Notes: generated by a model from the sequence alone, not told the origin. 63,865 bases of DNA, filler included, from Octopus bimaculoides (GCF_001194135.2; 9 parts of 9 records of this genome joined end to end with filler, not necessarily neighbours in it); one strand, 5' to 3'. Counted from the first letter of the whole stretch, positions 12,538-26,079 are shown. A program made the numbers and translations.

Positions 12538-13313
12538 ATGTATATATATATATATGTCGGTTAAAATAGTGAGGAAGGCAAATAATTAGCCAAGGCAGAG
12601 CTATGTTATTTAAATTTATTTAATTCAATCTAAAAATATTTTGCCTATTCATCCTCTCATTATTCACGCAACATTTCAACTGCAAGCAGTTTCTTCCCCA
12701 TTCTAACATTTACATAGTATTTAACCACTCTTTTGATAATGATTTCACATAAGGATTTCCCTAAGGGTATACCTGAGGAAGAACAGATTCAAAGGAATTT
12801 AATTAAACACTCATACCCTCCTGAACATAATGAACCATAATGAACCGTAATGAATATCATTAAAGAGAAGCCTTGTTTCCATAGTCTATCATGCATTTCT
12901 TCATACATTTCACCGATGACGGATAGCCGGCTTATGGAGCCTTCAATCGATACGATGATCCAATAGCCGGGATATCCCAGAAACAGTTGTCAGAGTCTAT
13001 CTCTACTATCTTTAGCAGTTTTGTATAATTCTACTATTTCTAGATTGAATTCAATTGATTTAAATGCCATAGTTCTGCCTTTACTAATTGTTTGCGTTCC
13101 TCACTACTTTAACCGGTACCTACTCAAAGGAAAGCTACCGACTGCCAGTATTTTTTCGAACAAGACATACATGCAACCACAACTTCAGCCGCTGTTCTGA
13201 CTGGAATTTTAGCGGATTACCTACGTATTGGTGCACTCAGAACGCACACCTATTAGTTTGCGTTACCGTAACCTAAACTCCTCATATCTTATGTGTGTGC
13301 ATGTGTGAGTATG

Positions 13314-13431
<118 letters not shown>

Positions 13432-13708
13432 CACTTGAATGTGTGCTATTAGATTGTCTCAGCCCGTTTTCCCTCAGACGGTTGATTTCTGTAGTTATTA
13501 TCAATGTATTTTCGGCGATTTAAATAAGAGTTATGACTGTTATTTCCAGCAGGTAGACATACTTAGTATGTCCTTTGATTAATTCTAATCCTTCAGCTAT
13601 TTAATGCTTTTTTGGAACTATATTATTGATTCTTTTATTATCACTTTTATCTTTTACATTAGATAATATCTCCTGAACTATTTGCTCCGTATATACATAG
13701 ATACATAG

Positions 13709-13741
<33 letters not shown>

Positions 13742-14413
13742 NNNNNNNNNNNNNNNNNNNNNNNNNNNNNNNNNNNNNNNNNNNNNNNNNNNNNNNNNNN
13801 NNNNNNNNNNNNNNNNNNNNNNNNNNNNNNNNNNNNNNNNNNNNNNNNNNNNNNNNNNNNNNNNNNNNNNNNNNNNNNNNNNNNNNNNNNNNNNNNNNNN
13901 NNNNNNNNNNNNNNNNNNNNNNNNNNNNNNNNNNNNNNNNNNNNNNNNNNNNNNNNNNNNNNNNNNNNNNNNNNNNNNNNNNNNNNNNNNNNNNNNNNNN
14001 NNNNNNNNNNNNNNNNNNNNNNNNNNNNNNNNNNNNNNNNNNNNNNNNNNNNNNNNNNNNNNNNNNNNNNNNNNNNNNNNNNNNNNNNNNNNNNNNNNNN
14101 NNNNNNNNNNNNNNNNNNNNNNNNNNNNNNNNNNNNNNNNNNNNNNNNNNNNNNNNNNNNNNNNNNNNNNNNNNNNNNNNNNNNNNNNNNNNNNNNNNNN
14201 NNNNNNNNNNNNNNNNNNNNNNNNNNNNNNNNNNNNNNNNNNNNNNNNNNNNNNNNNNNNNNNNNNNNNNNNNNNNNNNNNNNNNNNNNNNNNNNNNNNN
14301 NNNNNNNNNNNNNNNNNNNNNNNNNNNNNNNNNNNNNNNNNNNNNNNNNNNNNNNNNNNNNNNNNNNNNNATATAGCTGCGAAGTGTTTTCTTTTTTAAT
14401 TGTACAGCTATTT

Positions 14414-14455
<42 letters not shown>

Positions 14456-15680
14456 CTGAGTGTTTGTGTATTTATGTAATTTTTCGCTCGATTGAACTAA
14501 CTTGCGTCTTTGTTATCATAAGAGATGGATTATGTGAATTATGTATATATCACATGTTGGATGAAATAAAAGAAATAAGGAATATGAGAAGCAATGAAGT
14601 GACTAAACGGAAAGAAAGAAGAGTAAGAAAGGAAATAATAAAACAAAGGAAAATAACGTCGAGTGTTTGAGATGTGAAAAGTACGTAAACAAAGAAGTGG
14701 ACGAAATAAAAGAGAACAATAGAGATGTAGACGAGATAGAAGAACAAAAAACGGTGATAGAAATAATTGAGGTTAGTGAAAATAAAGGGAGAAAGAAAAG
14801 AAATGCTGGAGGTGGTGAAGAAAATGAAGACATTGAAATAAAAGATAAATAACGGAAATGAAACTGAGGGGAGAAAGAGACAGGGAGAGAGAGAAAGAGA
14901 CAAGACAAAGAAAGGAAGCATTTGCAAAAAAAAAAAACAATGAAAAAACCTACCGATGGTATCGGTAGGGGGGAGACTGATTAATCAGAATTTTGATAAA
15001 TAGATAGATGATATAAATATGAATTAATAATTAATGAATGCGAGAGTGAGGAGAAAGTAAGCTAGACGGTTGAAGTATAAAAAAATAAAATCTAATTTGT
15101 ATCCACAAGATGGAGAAAGAACAAATTGTCTAGAAGAATAACTTGTGTAAATAAAAGAATATAAAACAGTGATTAGAAGAACAAAATACAGACATATATA
15201 TACAAGAACCATCTCGAAACTAACGTCCCACGAACGAAGAAAAGCAAAGAAAAATATAGTCGAATGATAAAAACACCCAAGAAAGTTGAACATAGCAGAT
15301 GTAATAAAGTCTGCAAGTAACAGTTTGTGACATCCATTTACTAAAAGCATTGTTTAAAGAAATATATTATCTCACATGTTTAACAAATGGCTACGCACCA
15401 GAAAATCTGTACGACTCATTTGAAGTCAGTTCGTCATTGCAGTTCTTTTGTTTGTGGTCTTAACAAAATAAAAATATATAATTTTCTTGTATTGTTCTTG
15501 TCTTCCGTTCTTCCATTCTGTGCTTTTTTTCTTTCACTCATTTGTGTACTTTTTAGATACACAATGGAACTGTCGATCATATTGGTTCGTATCGTTAACA
15601 AAACACTAACGCTCTCAGATGAGTAAACCTCTTTGATAAATATCTAATTACTGGTGAATATAATCTTACACACACAAAGA

Positions 15681-15754
<74 letters not shown>

Positions 15755-15755
<1 letters not shown>

Positions 15756-17015
15756 TGGGTTGGCAATAAAGTAATTTCGTTTTTAGCAAATAGATAGAAT
15801 TATGATTTTTTTGAATGACTTTTGTCAATGTCATGATTTCATGATTTTTCCCTTTTGACATTTGATAGCCGTTACTTTTAGCTTACTTTAGAAGCAAATT
15901 GTGCGTAATTTTGTTTACAACTATTAGTTCGTTGTCAATTGAAACATGGAGTGCAAAAACGAACATTTTCGCCATCTTTTGCTCTTTTATTTCCGTAAAG
16001 GCAAGAAAGCTGCTGAGGCTCACAATAAGATATGTAAAATTGATGGTGTTGATTGCTTAACAGAACGCACATGTCAGATATGGGTTAAAAATTCCGTCCT
16101 GGAGATTTTTCACTCAATGATGACCAACATTCTGGTCGACCTACTTAAGTTGAAAATGGCCAAATCAAAGCCATAATTAAATCTGATTGTTACATAAGTG
16201 CGCGAGAGATTGCAGAGAGGTTAAATGTATCGCACACAACAATTGAAAATCACTTAGAATGCCTTGGACTCGTTAAGAAGCGCGAGATTTTGGTTCCACA
16301 TAACTTGATTCACTTAATACAACGAATCAATATTTGCGATATGCATCTCAAACGCAATGAAATCGACCAATTTTTGAAAAGAATCATCACTGGTGATGAA
16401 ACATGGATTGTTATCAATAATATCAATCAAAGACAATCATGGTCCAGGCGTAATGGACCAGCACAAACCACATCGAAAGCTGAATTGCATTAAAAAAAGG
16501 TTATGCTGTCAATTTGGTGGGATTACAAAGGTGTTGCGTATTTTGAGCTGCTTTCAAGGAACTAAACTATCAATTCAAATGTTTACTGTCAACAACTAAT
16601 GAAAATGGAGGAAGCAACTAAAGAAAAACAGCCAGAATTGGCAAATCTTTAAGGAATTGAGTTCCACCATGACAACACTAGATCACACGCACCTTTGCTA
16701 ACTCGTGAAAAATTATTGGAGCTTGGCTGGGTAGTGATACCATTCAACATATAGCCCTCCCCTTGTACCATCAGATTACCATTTATTTCGAAGATTGCCA
16801 AATAATTACAATAATGATTGTAATTTGACTTGCTTCAATTTTTGACTGATAAGGACCAAACGTTTCATGAGCGTGGAATCATGAAGTCGCCAGGAAGATG
16901 GCAAAAGTTAATTGAACAAAATGGAAACTATATAATTGATTAAAGTTCATTCATTGTATGAAAAAAATGACTTATTTCACACTAAAAAAACTAAATTACT
17001 CTCTTGCCAATCCAA
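15755..17015 (+). mobile_element. Near full-length mariner transposon (~1.26 kb), mellifera-subfamily-like, defective
   Basis: 5' TA then terminal inverted repeat (TIR) TTGGGTTGGCAATAAAGTAATTTCGTTTTT; 3' TIR AAAAACTAAATTACTCTCTTGCCAATCCAA; transposase remnant inside. Confidence 0.95.
15946..16943 (+). pseudogene. Mariner transposase pseudogene (frameshifts and stops)
   Basis: MECKNEHFRHLLLFYFRKGK; VPH; ITGDETW; WWDYKGV; FHHDN; YSPPLVPSDY (the YSPDLAPSDY motif); ends RWQKLIEQNGNYIID*. Confidence 0.93.
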
Positions 17016-17392
17016 AATAACTGCATGGTATCTAAAATTAACCCTGACATTGAATTTGGTAGATGGAAACTGCAGCGTTGATCACCAGAAAATGACTGAA
17101 AAGTATGTTTACAAAGAAGAGCTGTTTGCTTCATACTCCTCGTATGCCGATTCTGCCCAAAAGAAAGGAACCAATAATACAATGTGGCTGAAGGTCATAA
17201 CACCCAGGCAACGCCGGGTTGCATTGCTAGTATATATAATACATACATACATACATACATACATACATACATAAATACATAAATACATATATNNNNNNNN
17301 NNNNNNNNNNNNNNNNNNNNNNNNNNNNNNNNNNNNTTAATTAATTAANNNNNNNNNNNNNNNNNNNNNNNNNNNNNNNNNNNNNNNNNNNN

Positions 17393-17449
<57 letters not shown>

Positions 17450-18245
17450 CAGACAGACAGACAGCGGGAGAGGGGCAATTCAGGTGGGGGCGGCAGAGAT
17501 GTCTTTGTCAGACGATTTTAATCAGTGGAGACATTACTATATAAAACGACTCCTCCATAGCAATTGCAGAGACTACGGCCATTATAGTCGCTGTTGTTGT
17601 TCTAGTTGTTGTTGCTGCTTTTGTAGCTCGTGGTGGTGGTGGTGGTGGTGTTGGCGGCAGTGGTGTTGGCAGTAGTGGTGTTGGTGGTGGTAGTGGTGAT
17701 GATGATGTTAGTAGTCGTTGCTCCTGCTGTTGCTAGTGTTGTTGTTGTTGTTGCTGTTCTCGTGGTGAAGTTGGTGAAGGCGATGGCACTGATGGTTGTA
17801 ATGATGGTTGTTGTGGTTTTGATATTAGTAGTGGTGGAACTGGTGATGATGTTGTTGATAGTAATAGTAGTGGTAGTAATAGTGGTAATGGTGACGGTAG
17901 GGTTATTATAATTGTGTATGTGGTGTGCGGGTGCTTGCGTGTGTGTTAGTGTACGTGTGTGCAATGAGTTTATATATATANNNNNNNNNNNNNNNNNNNN
18001 NNNNNNNNNNNNNNNNNNNNNNNNNNNNNNNNNNNNNNNNNNNNNNNNNNNNNNNNNNNNNNNNNNNNNNNNNNNNNNNNNNNNNNNNNNNNNNNNNNNN
18101 NNNNNNNNNNNNNNNNNNNNNNNNNNNNNNNNNNNNNNNNNNNNNNNNNNNNNNNNNNNNNNNNNNNNNNNNNNNNNNNNNNNNNNNNNNNNNNNNNNNN
18201 NNNNNNNNNNNNNNNNNNNNNNNNNNNNNNNNNNNNNNNNNNNNN

Positions 18246-18306
<61 letters not shown>

Positions 18307-18439
18307 TGGAGAGAAAAAGTGAGAGAGAGGTTGATAGATGGACACATAAACAACTAAGCATAGGGATCACACTCATATATAAACTTCTACTCGTACATTT
18401 GCATACATAATACATACATACATACATACATACATACAT

Positions 18440-18665
18440 GCTTGTAATAATGGTTCCAAATTTTGGCACACAGCCAGAAAGTTCGTAGGAGGAGGCTTAG
18501 TTTATTACATAAACCCCAGTACTCTACTAGTACTTATTTTATCGACCCCACAATAGATGAAAGGCAAAGTCGACCTTGGCAGAATTTGATCTCAGAACTT
18601 AAAGACTGACGAAATTTCGCTAAGCATTTTCCCTGGCAGAGTAAAGCTTTTACCAGCTCGCTGCC
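18440..18665 (-). mobile_element. SINE family B
   Basis: TTTTATCGACCCC...GGCAAAGTCGACCTTGGCAGAATTTGA...CCAGCTCGCTGCC. Confidence 0.85.
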
Positions 18666-19032
18666 ATATATATGCATGTGATAATGAAGACAAACATAGT
18701 GATGATATTTTGATATATTTAATATCTATGTTTCAGAAAATTGTACATTGCATAAAATGGGTATTTCATCTCTCACACAAAATCTTCCTCAGTTAAGATG
18801 TATCAAAATATATACAAATGGAAGTTCACACTTTATATATGTATAGTCGGGCTAGATTGTGTCGTCAACTAGATGAGATGATGTGGCCCAAAGGGGCAGA
18901 ATATCTATAACGAGAAAAATGGAACAAGATGATAGGGGTCTAGAGAAAGAGAAAGAAAAGAGTGGAAAAAGATTGGTAATGTATGCTTGAGTACAGAATA
19001 TAATATATATGAATATACAAACATACATACAG

Positions 19033-19092
<60 letters not shown>

Positions 19093-19535
19093 ATGCATTT
19101 ATGTATGTATGTATGTATGTATATATACATATATATACATACATACATACATATTTATATACAACCACATATATACGTCATATCTGTGTGTGTATATGTA
19201 TTAAGAGAAAAAAGAGAGAGAGAGAATGAAAGCCAGACAAGCCGATATGTAGGGGGTTACATATTTTTAGTTTCCATCACACATCAAAGGAATGTGATCG
19301 ATATATCAAATATGTGAGTATATGTCATGAATACACATACACAGACACGTGCACAAATACGCGCACGCGCACGCGCACGCCCACGCGCACAATTACACGA
19401 CATTCTCCTAAGTACAGCAAATTTGCAGACTCCATTACATTTTTATCACATTTTTTCTCTCACCACTCTGTACCCCCATAAATGCATATGTGCATGCATC
19501 TGTCTTTCTGTCTGTTTCTCTCTCTCGCTCCACCC

Positions 19536-19597
<62 letters not shown>

Positions 19598-19697
19598 NNN
19601 NNNNNNNNNNNNNNNNNNNNNNNNNNNNNNNNNNNNNNNNNTTAATTAATTAANNNNNNNNNNNNNNNNNNNNNNNNNNNNNNNNNNNNNNNNNNNN

Positions 19698-19730
<33 letters not shown>

Positions 19731-20847
19731 ATTTCTAAGTCTCACATAGGCACACACATACACACACAGAACACATATACATATACACATTCCTTGTATT
19801 TTCTTAATTAAGTACATTACAGATGTGTGTTTATGTAGGTGAGTATATGCGTGTATCTACGTGCGTCGTGTGTGAGAGCGTATTAGCTTCTTCGTCAGAC
19901 TAATACATTCATAACTAGATACAAATGTTTATATCTTATCTCCAATTATATGTTTCTATGTTGTAGAGAATCAAGAGCAGATGGTTCTTAGTGTTTGAGA
20001 GCTTACATTCTGTTGTAAGCACTCACCGCTTTGCAGGTCACTGGACTAGATACTTAATTATACATCAAGACTGATTAAGAAACTATTATCTTGCCAAATG
20101 GCACAATAAATATGTGTTGTTGTTTTTTTTTATCTTATGAAGAATATGTCTGATCTTATCATTGTTTAAAACTATTATATTTGACGTCAGCAGTTTCCAG
20201 TTAGTTCGGAGTTGCATCACTCGGATACTTCATTTTTCTTTTTTCTGCTTTGTTCTTCTAACACAATCTCCGCACATGAATGAATTACCAGCATCTGGAG
20301 AAAGGTTCGTTAAGGTGGACGATTTGGGGTAATCTTCACGATGGAGTCGGCTTGATAGTCGTTCTTTATTTTACATGCTATTAATGGTAACCAGAATATT
20401 GTAATAGCTACAATCGAGTCACTCTGAGGTCATGACAATGACCAATGTACGAAACAAAGTAGATCAAAACAAGTGTGTTACACAATAAAATCTCTGCATG
20501 ATCGATTGACCTGCTAGAAATCGTAGCAAAATCTCTCTCAAATCACACCACTACTACTACTACTACTACCACTGCAACACTCACCACGACTTTAATCTTC
20601 ATTGCGGTCGTCGTTGTCATTTTGTGTCCCCTTTTCCAGGCTAGTAATTGTCACGCAGTTCCATCTTAAGCAAGGTTTTACAGCTGGATGCCTTCCTGGC
20701 GCCAAGTCTGCCTATTCTAGATCCGGAATTCTCACGGTAATCAAAGCACACGATGCACCATAAAAATTACTTTGATGCAAAACAATGGAGTACCTATGTT
20801 TCGTATGCCTTTGATCGTAAGTGAGCCAATCAACAACAACTACAACC

Positions 20848-20879
<32 letters not shown>

Positions 20880-20934
20880 CAACAGCAACATGTCTCTAGT
20901 CACCTCTCCGTGGTATGTTTTTAATATGCTTATC

Positions 20935-21785
20935 GAGTTAAAGGCGGTGAGCTGGCAGAAACGTTAGCACGCCAGGTGAAATGCGTAGCGGTATTCCGTC
21001 TGCTGCTGCGTTCAGAGTTCAAATTCCGTCGAGGTCGACTTTGCCTTTCATCCTTTCGGGGTTGATAAATTAAGTACCATTTATGCACTGGAGTCGATGT
21101 AATCGACTTAATCCGTTTGTCTGTCTTTGTTCGTCCCCTTTGTGTGTAGCGCCTTGTGGGCGGTAAAGAAATAAGAAACGTTAGCACGCCGGTTGAAATA
21201 CTTAGCGGTATTTCGTCTGTCTTTATGTTCTGAGTACAAATTCCGCCGAGGTCGACTTTGCCTTTCATCCTTTTAGGGTTGATAAATTAAGTACTAGTTG
21301 CGTACTAGGGTCGATATGATCGACTATCCCCCTCCCCTCAAATTCCAGGTATTGTGCCTATAGTAGAAAAGAATCGTTAGCACGCTGGGCGAAATGTTTA
21401 GCGGTGTTGAAATTCCGCCAAGGTCGACTTAGCGTTTTATCTTACTGAGGTTGACAAAATAAGAACCAACCGAGTACCGAAGCTCAGTGTAATTGACTTA
21501 CTCACCTCCATCGAAATTTCTGTCCTTGTGCCAAAATTTGAAACCAGTTTGTTTCTCAAGATAAAGGCAGTGAGCTGGTAGAATGGTTAGCATGCCGGGT
21601 AAAATGCTAAGTGGCATTTCGTCCGTCTTTAGATTCTGTGTTCAAATTCCACCGAGGTCGAATTTGGTTTTCAACCTTTCGGGGTCAAAAACAATAAATA
21701 CCAGTTGAATACTGAAGGTCCATGCTATCGACATACCCTCTCAACGAAATTGCTGCCCTTGTGTCAAACATTGAAATCAGTATGT
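20935..21785 (+). mobile_element. Head-to-tail array of four SINE family B units
   Basis: Unit starts near 20941, 21175, 21371 and 21564, each with GAANNGTTAGCA...AAATTCC.CCGAGGTCGA...GATAAA.TAAGTA. Confidence 0.85.
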
Positions 21786-22959
21786 TTGTCGAGATATGCA
21801 AGAAACACTTATCAAGAATCTTGCACCGAACTGTAAGAATTTTGTAGCTGAAGTCCCTTGAACTTCTACAAGAAAAGCAAAGGAAACAATGTGGGCCGGT
21901 GGTAAGGTTCCAAATAGGGCAACTGAATAAGCGCCACTGAAATTTACTCGAAGATAATGTGTTGGTGTTAAAAACCAAGTGCATTTATCACGCTTCACAT
22001 AATACTTTGTTATATTAACGATATATGTAGAACTTTCTGATATCATATTACGTGCATATACCGAACCGAACACATCCTTCACTTGCCTATTACATATTTA
22101 CACACACAAACCATCACGACCACCATACACACTGATCTGCTTTCTCTCATCTCTTAGCTGTGCACCTCAACAAAAATATTCTACTTTTCACCTTATAACA
22201 ACCAGTAAGCAAACACCTATCTTCATCACCCTCCGTTCGCTATATCCACGCTAAACCATATTTATGACTGCACTTTGAAGCTATGCCAACCATAAAGGAA
22301 CCCAGTATGCATTAATGCTATAAAACCTCTGTACATCATTTGAGATCTACTTAATAACGAGAAGCAGGACTTGCAGTGTGTGGAGAAACACATAGGCTGA
22401 GAGAAATTTTATTGATTAGCCATGAGATTTAAGCTAGTTTTATTGTTTGTTTATTGACCTTACTTTGCTCGTCTTTGAGGAAATATCAACCCACCCCTAC
22501 CACACTCTGCACTACAATAACTTGCTGTTTTTCTTAAACATTTACTATTGACCTCTGCAGGAAACGAAACGAACATTTTTTTTTTCATTTATTTATCTAT
22601 TTATTTATTCATTCTCCCCCCTCCTTTCAATAAGCTTTTAATGCTAATGTCTTTCCAGTGGTTCTACGGAATGGAAATATAAATATCTTAACTTAACTCC
22701 ACCAATCTCACGGATGGTGCCAACTTAGTTTTGGAAGTGGTGCTGGTGCATGTTGATGACAGCGGTGTTTGTGTTGGTGATAATGTGGTAGTGGTTAGGG
22801 CGTTTCATCAGATGTCTCTTCAGAGAAGAGGAACATTGATCCAATAGGGACAATGTTTTTTAACACATGACTCCAAATCAGGATCACTAACTAGCATCAT
22901 ATGTTTGGAATTCGGTTTGCCCCTTTTTCTGTGTGTTTTTCTTTTTCCATTCCTTATTC

Positions 22960-23088
22960 CGCCACCATCACCACCACCACTACTACTACTACTACTACTG
23001 TCTCCGCCTCCATCTACTCAACAGCCAGTACTGCCATCAGCATCAGCAGGAGCATCCGTATCTCCTTCATTTCCATCACCAATACCGC

Positions 23089-23123
<35 letters not shown>

Positions 23124-23150
23124 CCACCAGCAACAACTACCATCACAACC

Positions 23151-23182
<32 letters not shown>

Positions 23183-23328
23183 CAACGACAACAAAAAGAA
23201 CAACTTCAACACTAACACCGCCACCACCACCATCATCATCATTATCAACATCATGATCGTCACCTTCATCATCTTATCGTAGTCGTTGTTACCATCATTA
23301 TCATCATCATCGTCAACATCATCATCAT

Positions 23329-23384
<56 letters not shown>

Positions 23385-23392
23385 CCACCGTC

Positions 23393-23426
<34 letters not shown>

Positions 23427-23431
23427 CCGTC

Positions 23432-23471
<40 letters not shown>
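22960..23471. repeat. Compound trinucleotide repeat (CAC/CAT/CAA/TAC)n
   Basis: Seen directly; source of the poly-M/S/H/D ORFs. Confidence 0.95.
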
Positions 23472-23924
23472 NNNNNNNNNNNNNNNNNNNNNNNNNNNNN
23501 NNNNNNNNNNNNNNNNNNNNNNNNNNNNNNNNNNNNNNNNNNNNNNNNNNNNNNNNNNNNNNNNNNNNNNNNNNNNNNNNNNNNNNNNNNNNNNNNNNNN
23601 NNNNNNNNNNNNNNNNNNNNNNNNNNNNNNNNNNNNNNNNNNNNNNNNNNNNNNNNNNNNNNNNNNNNNNNNNNNNNNNNNNNNNNNNNNNNNNNNNNNN
23701 NNNNNNNNNNNNNNNNNNNNNNNNNNNNNNNNNNNNNNNNNNNNNNNNNNNNNNNNNNNNNNNNNNNATATATATATATACAGACGGGTTTGATGGCCTA
23801 ATGAAACAATCTCTGCTCAGTCTTTCTCCATTTTGTCCAATAACAACCCGTTTCGTAATAGTAAACTTGATAACTCATTGTTTATGTTTATAGATACCTA
23901 CTACTACTACTACTACTACTACTA

Positions 23925-24147
23925 CTTATTTTTTCGCTGCCCACAAGGGGCTAAACATAGAGGGAACAAACAAGGGATTAAGTGGATTACACCGACCCCA
24001 GTACGTAACTGGTACTTAATTTATCGACCCCGAAAGGGTGAAAGGCAAAGTCGTCTTCGGTGGAATTTGAACTCATAACGTAGCGGCAGACGAAATACCG
24101 CTAAGCATTTCGCCCGGCGCGCTAACGTTTCTGCCAGCTCGCCGCCT
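23925..24147 (-). mobile_element. SINE family B, well preserved, flanked by (TAC)n
   Basis: CCCACAAGGGGCTAAACATAGAGGG...CTGCCAGCTCGCCGCCTT. Confidence 0.9.
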
Positions 24148-24180
24148 TCTACTACTACTACGACAACAACAACAACAACA

Positions 24181-24247
<67 letters not shown>

Positions 24248-24734
24248 ATGTCTCCCTGGCTAAATATTTACGACCTCTATAAATGTCTACAAATATCTAC
24301 CACAACGGACCATTGGTTTGGTTTAGATTGGAATCATCATGTTCAGTCCCCTGCAAAACGAAAACTTCTACATGTTCTCCCACCCAACTACAATCTGAAT
24401 TGGATGCCGCGAATTTGAGCTTGAGATCATACTAGTTTTGGAGATCCTACTCTGCTACACTGGCTCAACGTGGCTTGGAAGAAGGATGCCTTTTTATACT
24501 CATAGCCATGGGTAGTCAAGATACGGTACTCTTGATAAGAGAATAAGCAATAGAAGTAACCAAGAGATGAACGTTGAATATTTTCAAATTAACGATGACG
24601 AACTTATTAGTTACAAGTTCTCTGATTCCTTGAACCCGAAGAGGCCAGCTAAAAAGAAGAACCACAGCGCACCACTATCATCCCTTTAATCAGAGAATTA
24701 AACTGAGATGGTTTTCAAGAATAAATGGCTTTAA

Positions 24735-24954
24735 CCCTTTAGCATTCAAACCGGTCATATCAGGCCCAAATATTCTACCTGTATTGTGTTGAAACTGACC
24801 AGATCAGGCCTCTCACAACTACCATACAATGTAATTCTAAAATAAAGCAAATGGATCATTGAAATCTCAAAGCTACCAGACGATGCATGGTTAATTGAAA
24901 ACAAAATGAATAAATAATCCTTAGATTTGACAGAATAATCTGAATGCTAAGGGG
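24735..24954. mobile_element. piggyBac-type MITE, 220 bp
   Basis: TTAA|CCCTTTAGCATTCA ... TGAATGCTAAGGGG|TTAA: 13/14 TIR match and TTAA target duplication. Confidence 0.85.
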
Positions 24955-26079
24955 TTAAGGAACTTAAGTGTGCGTCCTTGTGGTCTGTATGTGTGAATGT
25001 GAGTGTGGAAGGGATTAAACTTATGCATTTTTACATATATGAATGTTTGTATGTTAGTAAGTATGAAAAAAATGCTCGTCTTTCTATGTATGAATGCATG
25101 TGTCAATATATATGCATGAGTATGAATTTGTGCGTACATATTTGTGTATATAATTTTGCATGCATCCATGATTTTGCTCCAAATTGATATCGTGTATGCA
25201 TGTTTGAATCAACGGAAGTGCATGTTTGTCAATGTTCATGTAAATGTGTGTGTCATTTGCTTGTTTGTTCATGAATGTACTTCCATTTCTCTTTATCCCT
25301 CCCTCCCTCGCTTTCTCCCCTCTTCCTTCTCTGTATCTTCCTCTCTCTGTTTCTCTGTGTGCGTATGCGTGCTGCTTTTACCTTACTTAAATCATACCTG
25401 ATCAAGTGTTTTAGCCTTTCATTTTTTCTTTACAGTATGGTTTTCTACCAATTAATGTAGAAGAGGAATAACCAAGGATTCAGTGAATCTTTTTACTAAA
25501 ACCTTCTCAAGCATCAAATTAAGTAGTGCAAAACTGGAGTGAGAAACTCACTAAAGAAATCAATGCTCCCTTATGTCTTCTTAGTAACTTTGCTATTGAT
25601 ATAACTTTTGAGTTAATTCTGGTTAATAAAGTCAGCCATTATTCGCCCAGACTATGTTTAACTTAATAACACAACCTGTTGAAGTCTTTCGAGTCATATT
25701 TTGAGGCACCATAGTCCTGTTGAGTAGGGAATTGTTGGTTGAAATATACTGGTGGCTTGTTGGGTTAAAGAGGACGCTATCAGACATTGTACTGTTACCT
25801 TCCATAACACTTCAATATACTCTTTCTGTTGTAATGTTCATATTTACCATGGCCAACAAACGGTTCAAGATTACGTGATATCAACATACGATGGATCGTC
25901 ACTCGTCACAGAATCAAACTTGACTATATGTGACATTCTTACTTCATTAAGTACATGCTTCAGTCATTAAATGAGAATCAGTAATGGATTCTTCTAAGAA
26001 AACAGACAGTGCTTAAAACAGTGTTAAAAGCATTAAATTCTAGATCCATTTCACGGCAGTTGTACAAGTATAAATAATG

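Noticed and set aside
12600-13280. Non-repetitive, moderately GC-rich stretch with 60-70-codon open frames
   Set aside because: No recognisable motif or convincing splice pair; left unannotated.
14550-14927. Lys/Glu-rich and Phe/Ser-rich ORFs
   Set aside because: By-product of a purine-skewed low-complexity tract; no splice signals or domain.
17484-17911. Cys/Trp-rich, poly-V and mucin-like poly-T ORFs
   Set aside because: Degenerate (GTT/GTG/GAT)n repeat read in different frames; no bounding splice sites.
21848-21901. 54-nt plus-strand AG...GTAAGG pair (LKSLELLQEKQRKQCGPV), and a similar 36-nt pair at 50259-50294
   Set aside because: Short splice-site pairs with an open frame are expected by chance in 64 kb; no supporting domain or phase continuity.
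22901-23801. Poly-M, poly-S, poly-H and poly-Q ORFs
   Set aside because: Pure trinucleotide repeat translation.
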